Assembly (NCBI GenBank): GCA_964534375.1
Contig: CAZHPN010000196.1
Coordinates: forward strand, 1 to 10,607
DNA length: 10,607 bases
Direction: 5' to 3'
From: an uncultured bacterium
GTDB taxonomy: Bacteria > Lernaellota > Lernaellaia > Lernaellales > Lernaellaceae
Position numbers and translations under genes: made by a program
Notes under the pieces: model-generated
Seen by the model: only the letters and a program-made list of their open reading frames with translations
What the model was told of the DNA's origin: nothing
The model's database searches: none
Shown: positions 1 through 6,455 of the stretch, piece by piece
Layout of the letters: each line of letters opens with the position of its first letter
Position numbering within the stretch: the first letter of the stretch is position 1

Positions 1-117
1 TCGGCGCAAAGATTTTCGCATCGCCAACGTCCCCAGGACGAAAGAGACTGTCGATCTTTTTGGCGATGCAAAGCATCCATCTTTTTTCCCACGATTACGC
101 GGGTTCGCCCCTTGATT

Positions 118-288
118 CGTCATTCCCGCGGAGGCGGGAATCCAGGCATTGTAAGAGCGCCTTTCCAGGCGCGATTTCCCAGATCGCGCCCGGAAGGGCG
201 CTCTTACAGCATCAGTGCGAACGTTCGCGCGCGTTGCGCCCTCGGACGCAACGAATGTTCCTGGATTCCCGCCTCCGCGGGAATGACG
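118..288. repeat. Inverted REP doublet, CGTCATTCCCGCG..GGGAATCCAG type
   Basis: CGTCATTCCCGCGGAGGCGGGAATCCAGG (118-146) and its perfect 29 bp reverse complement (260-288). The stem extends imperfectly via CGCCCCTTGA (106-115) / TTAAGGGGCG (291-300). Translates to the SSFPRRRES..LDSRLRGND pattern typical of this repeat class. Confidence 0.85.
150..208. repeat. Inner inverted doublet TGTAAGAGCGCC.. (GTAG-REP-like, GTAA variant)
   Basis: 150-175 and 183-208 are reverse complements at 24/26 positions with a 7 nt loop. GCAT lies on both sides (146-149 and 209-212). Confidence 0.75.
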
Positions 289-447
289 TCTTAAGGGGCG
301 CGACATTCGTGGCGTCGGGCACATCGGTCATCGTCGATTAGGGAGAAAATCGACAGTCTCTAAAGTCCTGGGCTACGTTCATAGCGTCCCTCCGGGGGAC
401 GCCTGAAACCAGCCGCGGATTTCAACCCGGGGCCTTGATGCAAGCGG

Positions 448-538
448 TTTGGCTGCGGCCGAAGGCCGCGCTGAGCAATCTGTGGTTGCCCGAGACTTTC
501 GTTGCGGCCCGAAGGGCTGCGCTACGTAATCTGCGGAT
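448..538 (+). repeat. Two tandem copies of the GCGGCC-GAA-GGCCGC hairpin + AATCTG repeat family
   Basis: 448-485 and 498-538 resemble the reverse complements of 2694-2745 and 10497-10544. Confidence 0.75.
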
Positions 539-543
539 GCCCT

Positions 544-583
544 ATTCGCCATTCCGCATTCGCCATTCCGCATTCGCGGAATG
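544..583. repeat. Heptamer tandem repeat (ATTCGCC/ATTCCGC, ~5 units) ending in a hairpin
   Basis: attcgcc attccgc attcgcc attccgc attcgc; CATTCCGC-attc-GCGGAATG forms an 8 bp stem (564-583). Confidence 0.8.
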
Positions 584-661
584 TCGCTCTTGACTTCATG
601 ACGTTTTGCGCGCCAAATCTTGAACAGCGCGAATAACTCATGCCAAAGCGGAGGATAGATC

Positions 662-991
662 ATGAACCGCAAAGCCTTCTACGCCGCCCTCGCGTTCGTT
701 TTCATGTTGTCGCTCGCCCTCGCCGCCGCCCTCGCCGGCTGCGCATCGGACAAATCGAACGGAAAGTCCGCCGACCCGACGACGACCGTGGACCCGGACG
801 GGTACGGGTGTTGCTATCAATATTTTCCGCCGGCAGAAGGCCAACCCGGCGGATTTGCCGGCGGCACGACCTACCTGCTCCGCAAGTATTGTGAATTTAC
901 GTTCCGCACCGACATTTCCTGCGATGTGTGCCTTTCGGGCAAATACGGCGCTCCCGAACCGGACCAGCCCACCTGCGCCAGCCTACCCTAA
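662..991 (+). CDS. Small Cys-rich lipoprotein (109 aa), function unknown
   Basis: GGAGG RBS upstream; MNRK + hydrophobic h-region + lipobox LAG|C (Cys27); six further Cys (CC, C, CxxC, C) in the mature part. Stop overlaps the convergent gene's stop (CTAA, 988-991). Confidence 0.85.
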   Translation: MNRKAFYAALAFVFMLSLALAAALAGCASDKSNGKSADPTTTVDPDGYGCCYQYFPPAEGQPGGFAGGTTYLLRKYCEFTFRTDISCDVCLSGKYGAPEPDQPTCASLP

Positions 992-2664
992 CCAGCCGTG
1001 TATAGCGGGCTGAATCGCAGCATGATGTAGCAGGCAATCCACGAGTTGCCGAGTGAACGCCAATGCGCGAGCATTTTTGTCCCCGTTGTGTCCAGATACA
1101 AATACAAATTCCCGTAATGGTTCTGAAACATGAAATAGGTTTCCCCCGCCGGCGGAATGCTCCCGTCCCCCGCGACCAAAAATGCCTGTTGCCGATTCCC
1201 GCCGAGCAGGCCGCTAATCGCAATTCCAGAGGGCGCGCCGGTGTCGGTGATCCCGCTGCGCAATAGATAATCCGTCGAACCGCCAGGCACCACGGCGACC
1301 GCATCGCCGCCTTTGCCGTCGCTATTGTCGCCGCCGTTTAGCCCCTTGCCGAACCAGTATTTTGCCGATGTGCCCGAAACGTGGTCCATGCCGGAGCCGC
1401 CGCCGCCGCCGCCGGCGAGTTGCGCGTAAATCGTCGCCTCGCAGTACCGCCCGGCCAGCGTGGTGAAATTATCGGGCATGAAGCCGCGGCCGACCTGCGA
1501 GAGATCGAACACGACAAAATCGTTTCCGACGGCGGGGCCGATGAGCTCTGCAGCCGGAGCTGTCGGCCCATCGGGGTAGAGCGTGACCACGTCGTTATTC
1601 ACCCAATCGTGCAGAATCCCGAACCAGTCGACCATGATCCCGGCGTTGTGGCCGACGGACCAGGGCGGCGACGCGTTGCCCGGCAGGGGGCCTTGCAGGC
1701 CCGGCAGGATCGACCGCACGTTGGCCATGAATTGGGCATTGGCCGGCAGTTGCGCGAACACGCCGGCGTTGATCGAATCGGCGACGAGGCCGCCCGACGG
1801 GGCTTCTTCGGCGATGACGGACGGCAGGGTAAACATTTCGGTCGCGTCGTCGGCGTAGGGCGGGGCGTTCCATTCGATCGCCGGCGCCAGCGGCGCGCCG
1901 AATTGGTTGGAGACTTTGACGAAGATGTGGGCGAGACACCAGTTGTATCCCAGGGCCGGCGTCCATTGGGCGAAAATCTGCGTCGGCCCGGGCGGATAGA
2001 CGCCAAGCACGCCGAGTTTGTTGTGGCTGTCGTCGTATGCCATCACATTGGCCGCGGCAAAGCCGAGGTCTCCGACGAATTGATGGAGCAAACCCGCGTT
2101 GACCTGCGGTCCGCCGGGGTAGTAGTCGGAAACGTCGGCCGGAACGGGGTGGGCGCCGCCCGCCTCCGTCCAGCAAATGCCGTCCGCGGTCGCCTCGAAA
2201 AAGCAATTCCGCAAGTCGCCGATGCTGTCGGGAATCGCGCCTTGGTACGTGTGGCCGTCGCCGCGGGCCAGAACGTCGAAAATCATCCGGTAGTAATCGT
2301 TGTTGTCGCCCGTCCAGTGCAGCAGCACCCAGGCGTCGAAGATAAAGCCTGCATCCGGCGACCGCAAAATGTCGTTGCCCGGCAAGCCGAAGGTCGCGCT
2401 CAGCAGCAGCGTGTTCGCCGGGATCGCCACCCCGTGCGCCGGGTCGATGGCGCCGGGCACGTTCGGCGACGTGTTCAATACGAACTGCTGCGTGTTGGCG
2501 ATCCCCGTGCCGCGCACCGGGTCGTTGCCCGCGAAGTCGGATGCGAGCACGCCCCCGCCGATCGGCGGCACGCCCTGTTCGTTCATCTGGTTGCCCTGGG
2601 AATCGGTGTAGAGGACCACCGCTTCCTGGGTCGGGGCCACGCCGTTGTCGTCGCTGCCGTTCAT
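988..2664 (-). CDS. Hypothetical 558 aa protein with two tandem copies of an uncharacterised beta-rich domain; putative tail fibre/receptor-binding protein
   Basis: Long ORF with natural Gly/Pro/aromatic-rich composition; GGAG RBS 5 nt before ATG; internal duplication visible by eye; lies distal to Dit/Tal-like genes. Function inferred from position only. Confidence 0.7.
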   Translation of the reverse strand: MNGSDDNGVAPTQEAVVLYTDSQGNQMNEQGVPPIGGGVLASDFAGNDPVRGTGIANTQQFVLNTSPNVPGAIDPAHGVAIPANTLLLSATFGLPGNDILRSPDAGFIFDAWVLLHWTGDNNDYYRMIFDVLARGDGHTYQGAIPDSIGDLRNCFFEATADGICWTEAGGAHPVPADVSDYYPGGPQVNAGLLHQFVGDLGFAAANVMAYDDSHNKLGVLGVYPPGPTQIFAQWTPALGYNWCLAHIFVKVSNQFGAPLAPAIEWNAPPYADDATEMFTLPSVIAEEAPSGGLVADSINAGVFAQLPANAQFMANVRSILPGLQGPLPGNASPPWSVGHNAGIMVDWFGILHDWVNNDVVTLYPDGPTAPAAELIGPAVGNDFVVFDLSQVGRGFMPDNFTTLAGRYCEATIYAQLAGGGGGGSGMDHVSGTSAKYWFGKGLNGGDNSDGKGGDAVAVVPGGSTDYLLRSGITDTGAPSGIAISGLLGGNRQQAFLVAGDGSIPPAGETYFMFQNHYGNLYLYLDTTGTKMLAHWRSLGNSWIACYIMLRFSPLYTAG

Positions 2665-2693
2665 GGTTGCTCCGCAAATGAATGAGGTTTTTT

Positions 2694-2745
2694 ATCCGCA
2701 GATTACGCAGATTACTTAGCGCAACCCTGCAGGCCGCAATCACAA
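2694..2745 (-). repeat. CAGATTACGCAGATT + hairpin repeat family copy
   Basis: ATCCGCAGATTACGCAGATTACTTAGCGC..GGCCGCAA, similar to 10497-10544, with a degenerate hairpin; ~30 nt upstream of the 2664 start. Confidence 0.75.
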
Positions 2746-2791
2746 ATCATGCACGGCACGCGGCGCCGGAAGGCAAAAAGGCGTCCGCGTA

Positions 2792-2875
2792 ATAAGTCCC
2801 ATAGGACCTATAAGACCTATAAGTCCTATAAGTCCTATAAGTCCTATAAGTCCTATAAGTCCTATAAGTCCTATA
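2792..2875. repeat. 9 bp tandem repeat (ATAAGTCCT) x9
   Basis: Three variant units (ATAAGTCCC, ATAGGACCT, ATAAGACCT), then six perfect ATAAGTCCT units (2819-2872). Intergenic, no spacers. Confidence 0.95.
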
Positions 2876-2894
2876 GCCACTGACCACGGCTCGC

Positions 2895-3893
2895 TCAGCT
2901 CGTACTCCCGTCGCCGCCGTCCGTCCGCGCGCTGTCCATTTGCGGCCCGATGTGGATGCTGAGATAGGCGACGATCCACGAAATGTTCACCCCCGAATGG
3001 GGGTGGTGCTTGTAATTCCACTGGCATTTGAGCACGCCGGCCGGATTCGCCATCGCCGCAAGCTGCGTCGGCTGGTCCAGCGGCGACAATTGCCCGCTGT
3101 CGGCGTAGACGGAAAGCCGGCCGTCGCAGTCGCCGCTCGTCGGGTGACCGAATATCAATTGGACGTTGTGCTGCGATTGCGTCGCCGAGCCGTAATCCGT
3201 AATGACGCCCGTGCGGCTGCTGTCGAGATAGGTGAACGCCTGCCAAACCTGTTTGCCGAAGTGGCCGAAGTTGTTGTAGGTGGTCGGGAGAAGATCCTTC
3301 GGCGTGAATGTCGGCGACATGGAGGCCGTCGCGTCCGCTTGCAGGTGCGTCATGGGAACGTCCCACGGGTCGCCCAGCGACACCGTGCCGGGCCACACGA
3401 TCGCCGCGGCGTTGACCATGCAGTAGCGCCGCTCGAAGCCGGTCGCGAGCCCGAGCGCCGCATGGCAGACGTCGGCCGGGAACGCCCCGGCAAATTGCGC
3501 GGGGTCGCAAATCGTAGCGATGCGCTGCGAGGCGGTGAGGTATTTCGCCGGGACGCCGTTGATGATTTCGTTGTTCGCCCAATCGCCGCCCGCGGTCCCC
3601 GCCTGATCGCCCAACCGGGATAGCGGCGGATCGTGCAACATCACGAAACCCTCGATCAGCATCCCCCCGTTGGCGTAGAACGTCCAACCCCACTGACCCG
3701 GATATTGCGCGATGATGTCGCCGCTGTTGGCGACGACGGGCGGGTAGGACTGCGCGCCGGGCAGGATCGCGCCCGCGTCGCGCCGGAAGCGGCTGGCGAG
3801 CGCCAGGCGGCCGATTTGCGCCGCGTAGGGCGTAGCGCCGCCGGTGGGCAGGGAAAACCCGAGAGCGTCGGGTTGGCCGGTGCGAGAGGGCAT
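2895..3893 (-). CDS. Hypothetical 332 aa protein, single-domain paralog of the 988-2664 protein; putative tail-associated/receptor-binding protein
   Basis: GGAGG RBS 4 nt before ATG; shares ordered motifs (ILPG, GxxxxxxxxLH, WxNN, RYC, QAF, LxxYxD, SWIxxY) with the downstream gene. Confidence 0.72.
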   Translation of the reverse strand: MPSRTGQPDALGFSLPTGGATPYAAQIGRLALASRFRRDAGAILPGAQSYPPVVANSGDIIAQYPGQWGWTFYANGGMLIEGFVMLHDPPLSRLGDQAGTAGGDWANNEIINGVPAKYLTASQRIATICDPAQFAGAFPADVCHAALGLATGFERRYCMVNAAAIVWPGTVSLGDPWDVPMTHLQADATASMSPTFTPKDLLPTTYNNFGHFGKQVWQAFTYLDSSRTGVITDYGSATQSQHNVQLIFGHPTSGDCDGRLSVYADSGQLSPLDQPTQLAAMANPAGVLKCQWNYKHHPHSGVNISWIVAYLSIHIGPQMDSARTDGGDGSTS

Positions 3894-3906
3894 GGAACCT
3901 CCGGTG

Positions 3907-4105
3907 AAGGAACAAGGAAAAAGTCAGACGCAGAGATAGTTCCCGTTCGGCCGCCTGAGACAGCCGCGCCCGATCCGAACGCGCCCGAAGCGGGCTCAGC
4001 CTTCCCGGCCGGCGAGACGCCCACGGGCGGGGAAGAAACAAGGAACAAAAAAAAAGTCAGGCCCCGCGACGAAGGAAAAAGGCAAAAGTAAAAAGGCAAA
4101 AGTCA
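3907..4105. repeat. Cluster of three heptamer arms ending AAAAGTCA(G); the last is the left arm of the hairpin element split by the cassette
   Basis: AAGGAACAAGGAAAAAGTCAG (3907-3927), AAGAAACAAGGAACAAAAAAAAAGTCAG (4033-4060) and GAAGGAAAAAGGCAAAAGTAAAAAGGCAAAAGTCA (4071-4105). A partial core match CGCGCCCGAAGCGGG lies at ~3980-3994. Confidence 0.75.
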
Positions 4106-4252
4106 GGAATTATTTCTTTGGCAAAGCAAGACAACTGCTACCGGATGTCCAACGCCTGCCGCATTTTGGTAGATGAAGAAGCCCGCTGCCGAAGGGTCCG
4201 CTGGATTGAACCTCAACATTTGGTCGTCATTCAATCGCAGCAACGCCGCGAA

Positions 4253-4600
4253 TCACCCTTGTGCAAAAAAAACCGGCGCGATCATTTTCCTTAACATGGC
4301 GGCGATACTTCTCTTGTCGGCGCGAGAGAGCATGCCGAGCCGCGTTCCCATTGCTGTTTCCTCAATCATCGCGAGTGTCGGCCTTACCCAGCTTGGAGAC
4401 GAGAGCCCCGCCGATTCCCAATCATTGACGGGGATGTCGCCTGGATTTTCCACGCTGGTAAGCGCCATACAGGCAAAGTCGCCATAAACTGTACGTGGAC
4501 CAAGGACAACGACTGGTCGTTTTTTCGACGAGCCTTGATCGGAAAAATCAACCTCAGCGAAGGCGACATCTCCGGGACTAAGGGCGGTCGTAGACGGCAT
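4253..4600 (-). CDS. mazF: Type II TA toxin, PemK/MazF family endoribonuclease (115 aa)
   Basis: PGDVAFAEVDFSDQGSSKKRPVVVL, ALTS and DWESAGLSSPSWVRP match the PemK/MazF pattern (GD..F.D....KxRPxxV, [IL]TS, GL...S). Start overlaps the upstream small gene by 23 nt. Confidence 0.88.
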   Translation of the reverse strand: MPSTTALSPGDVAFAEVDFSDQGSSKKRPVVVLGPRTVYGDFACMALTSVENPGDIPVNDWESAGLSSPSWVRPTLAMIEETAMGTRLGMLSRADKRSIAAMLRKMIAPVFFAQG

Positions 4601-4871
4601 CTTTTTCGTTGTCCCAGACCTTCGCTAGCGCTTTCTTCTGCACCGCCTTCCAAAAAGCATCGTCCTCTGCGGCGGCGCGCGCCCGCTCGGTGTTCGCGGC
4701 GGGGAAACGAAACAGTTGCCCTTTCTTCACCAAATATTGGCCCGCGGGCAGTATATTGTTTGGATCAAAAGTAAGAACATCGCCCCGCGGCGCCATTGGG
4801 CAACACTCTTCCAATTCTTCTGCCACGGACACTGACAGTTGTAGCTCAGTGAGTAGATTCGTGTCATTCAT
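4578..4871 (-). CDS. Putative antitoxin (97 aa)
   Basis: Start reassigned to ATG 4871 (ATGA overlap with the protease stop; GGGAG RBS). Small acidic protein directly upstream of and overlapping mazF. The C-terminus LAKVWDNEKDAVYD resembles the W-D-N-x-x-D-x-x-Y/W tail of small genes commonly found before PemK/MazF toxins. Confidence 0.7.
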   Translation of the reverse strand: MNDTNLLTELQLSVSVAEELEECCPMAPRGDVLTFDPNNILPAGQYLVKKGQLFRFPAANTERARAAAEDDAFWKAVQKKALAKVWDNEKDAVYDRP

Positions 4872-5974
4872 TTCGTTACTCCCTTCGGGTTTACGTTTCG
4901 CACCCATCCCAGGGAAGTTATCTCTACATCATATTCCCTTTTCAATCCGGGAACCAACGGCAAAATTTGGCCAGCGGGGATCTGCACCTGAACGTTTGGC
5001 GGAAAGACGGATCGTTGCCGAAGGCGGGCGCGGGTTTCATAAAGATATCCCCATTTTTTGGACTCTATTGCAGCCCCGATGAACCGAGCGTCGGCAGTCA
5101 ATTCATCTTTTAAGTGTTCGCCTAAAAAGAACGTCTTTCTCAAATTAAAATCAGACACATGCGCTCTAAGCAGTTCATCCAGGAGTTCAGTTAGTTCTTT
5201 CGACGCAAAATCCACTTGTTCCGGCCCCAAGATTTCTCTCGCTTCGTGCCTATTGATCATGTGAAGGTGCGAGAAAAAGCTCGAAGTCAGCGCCTCAATA
5301 ATCGCATTCACCTGCCGTTCGTCCGTGCGATGCAACCCGAGAATCTTCTTCGCAAGCCGCTTGATCAGTTGATGGACTCGGTGGACATTCCCGAGGGCGA
5401 TCGGGTGGACATTCTGGACAAGTCGGTCGAGGAACGGTTGCCACAATGCGCGAGTCGCGCATGCCTCATCGGCGTTGAACTTGAATTGATCGTGAACGAA
5501 CTCCCGATAGGCTTGAACATCTTCGACGCTGATCACGAGTCGCGCACCTGGAGTCACCGGATCGACGGGATTGAATTGGTTCCCGGTGCTGGGATCGATT
5601 GGGCTCAAATCAGAAATCGGGGTCATTACAATTTTTTTGCCGGCTAAGGCCAGAAGCGTTCCCGCACTGTAACAACGAAAAGGAACAAGAACTTCAAAGT
5701 CTTTGTCATACTCACGAAGCAGACTAATGATTGGCCAAACGGCGTTGGTCTCGCCTCCTCCGGTATAGAGGCAGAAATCGATTTTTGCGCGACGGGCCGC
5801 GGTTTCCTTAAGAACTCGAAAAAGGGCTTCCTTGGTGTCAGACGTCAAGGATGTCCGGAGTCCTCGAATTTGCGGTTCGCTTGGACGGTCGAAATTGAAG
5901 AAACAAACGAGGGTTCGGCCTCCCCGGATTTCCTCGATTTTTTTCATTATCGCTTGGCGCTCTTTAAGCGGCAT
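4868..5974 (-). CDS. SDH_sah-type (serine dehydrogenase proteinase, ClpP/crotonase-fold) serine protease, 368 aa
   Basis: Motifs LYTGGG, VLVPFRCYSAGTLLAL (nucleophile Ser), IVM...LSPIDP (Asp) and SHLHMINRHEA (His). AGGAGG RBS spacing favours ATG 5974 over GTG 5977. Confidence 0.85.
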   Translation of the reverse strand: MPLKERQAIMKKIEEIRGGRTLVCFFNFDRPSEPQIRGLRTSLTSDTKEALFRVLKETAARRAKIDFCLYTGGGETNAVWPIISLLREYDKDFEVLVPFRCYSAGTLLALAGKKIVMTPISDLSPIDPSTGNQFNPVDPVTPGARLVISVEDVQAYREFVHDQFKFNADEACATRALWQPFLDRLVQNVHPIALGNVHRVHQLIKRLAKKILGLHRTDERQVNAIIEALTSSFFSHLHMINRHEAREILGPEQVDFASKELTELLDELLRAHVSDFNLRKTFFLGEHLKDELTADARFIGAAIESKKWGYLYETRARLRQRSVFPPNVQVQIPAGQILPLVPGLKREYDVEITSLGWVRNVNPKGVTK

Positions 5975-6080
5975 CACGCCCTCCTACCTTAAAAGCGAAT
6001 CACACCTTTCTCGCGCTTCGGCCGCGCTAGCCGACGTCCTGCTTAGTTGTACGCGCAGTGGTCATCCCGTGACGCGTGGG

Positions 6081-6109
6081 ATTTCAGGCTCTTTTTTCCC
6101 CCGTGTCAA
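6081..6109 (-). promoter_or_regulatory. Candidate sigma70 promoter for the cassette operon
   Basis: Minus strand TTGACA (6109-6104), 17 nt spacer, TGAAAT (6086-6081), ~107 nt upstream of the protease start and inside the TIRs. The -10 element is only 4/6. Confidence 0.4.
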
Positions 6110-6316
6110 GCGGGTCTTTCTCCACTCCAACAAGTTAACAAGTTTTCCTTATTCGGCAAGCACTTACGCTATCTTAGCAGACCGTTTCTCACGCTTCCTA
6201 GTTGACCGGCTTGCGCGCAGGTTTCTTTACGGGCCGCTTCGCCGGCAGGGCGTCCACCGGCGGTTCGTCGCGCCCGGTTTTCACGGTTTTTCATGCTTTG
6301 CCAAAGGTATAAATCC

Positions 6317-6455
6317 GCAAAAGTCAGACGCAGCGCCTCGGTCCGACTCGTTGTCAGGGCAACCGTGCCCGAAGCGGGGCCGACGCCCTCCAACCGGAAC
6401 CCGGCTCCGCGCCGCGGGCCTGACTTTTTCCTTTTTCCTTTTTCCTTCTTCCTTC
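6317..6455. repeat. Remainder (core + right heptamer arm) of the split hairpin element
   Basis: The 102 nt core 6323-6424 aligns ungapped to the reverse complement of 8444-8545 at 83/102 positions (hand count). It is followed by a (TTTTTCC)n arm abutting the stop codon at 6456. Confidence 0.85.

Larger units (their letters stand above)
44..360. mobile_element. MITE-like non-coding element (~317 bp) with GAGACTGTCGAT terminal inverted repeats
   Basis: AGAGACTGTCGAT (43-55) and ATCGACAGTCTCT (349-361) are perfect 13 bp reverse complements. The flanks GAAA/TAAA are compatible with a short target duplication. No credible ORF inside. Confidence 0.65.
32..432. repeat. REP-like palindromic unit (CCCAGGAC..GTCCTGGGCTAC plus GCGTCCC/GGGACGC hairpin), interrupted by an inserted element
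   Basis: CCCAGGAC (32-39) and GTCCTGGG (365-372) are exact reverse complements separated by the 44-360 element. A hairpin GCGTCCC-TCCGG-GGGACGC follows at 384-402, then a degenerate palindrome at ~409-432. Confidence 0.55.
4106..6316. mobile_element. Non-autonomous, transposase-free cargo transposon (2,211 bp) with 26 bp TIRs and a 10 bp target-site duplication
   Basis: Left end GGAATTATTTCTTTGGCAAAGCAAGA (4106-4131) versus reverse complement of right end GGATTTATACCTTTGGCAAAGCATGA (6291-6316): 22/26 identical. GCAAAAGTCA directly flanks both ends (4096-4105 and 6317-6326). The interior is visibly more AT-rich, and removing it restores an intact repeat element. Confidence 0.85.

Noticed and set aside
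60..341. ORFs 60-341 and 112-294
   Set aside because: They are translations of REP/MITE palindromes (SSFPRRRES, LDSRLRGND), with no supporting RBS.
590..620. TTGACT as the -35 element of a lipoprotein promoter
   Set aside because: No convincing -10 hexamer at 16-18 nt spacing.
1396..1413. (GCC)6 tract encoding Gly6 as a phase-variation site
   Set aside because: An in-frame triplet run in a Gly-rich loop cannot switch frame and is unremarkable at this GC content.
2792..2875. Possible CRISPR array
   Set aside because: Contiguous 9 bp units with no spacers and no cas genes.
988..3893. Diversity-generating retroelement acting on the putative receptor-binding genes
   Set aside because: No reverse transcriptase and no TR/VR pair with adenine-specific differences was seen; the paralogy is detectable only at protein level.
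1381..4041. Long alternative-frame ORFs 1381-2685, 1595-2743, 2740-4041 and 2940-3623
   Set aside because: Arg/Pro-rich shadow frames of GC-rich genes. The IGLIGL tail of 2740-4041 is just the 9-mer repeat.
6169..6294. Short minus-strand frames just inside the right TIR (MKNREN..; ..PAKRPVKKPARKPVN*) as a transposase remnant
   Set aside because: Too short, no RBS and no recognisable transposase motif. The same applies to 4132-4252 at the other end.
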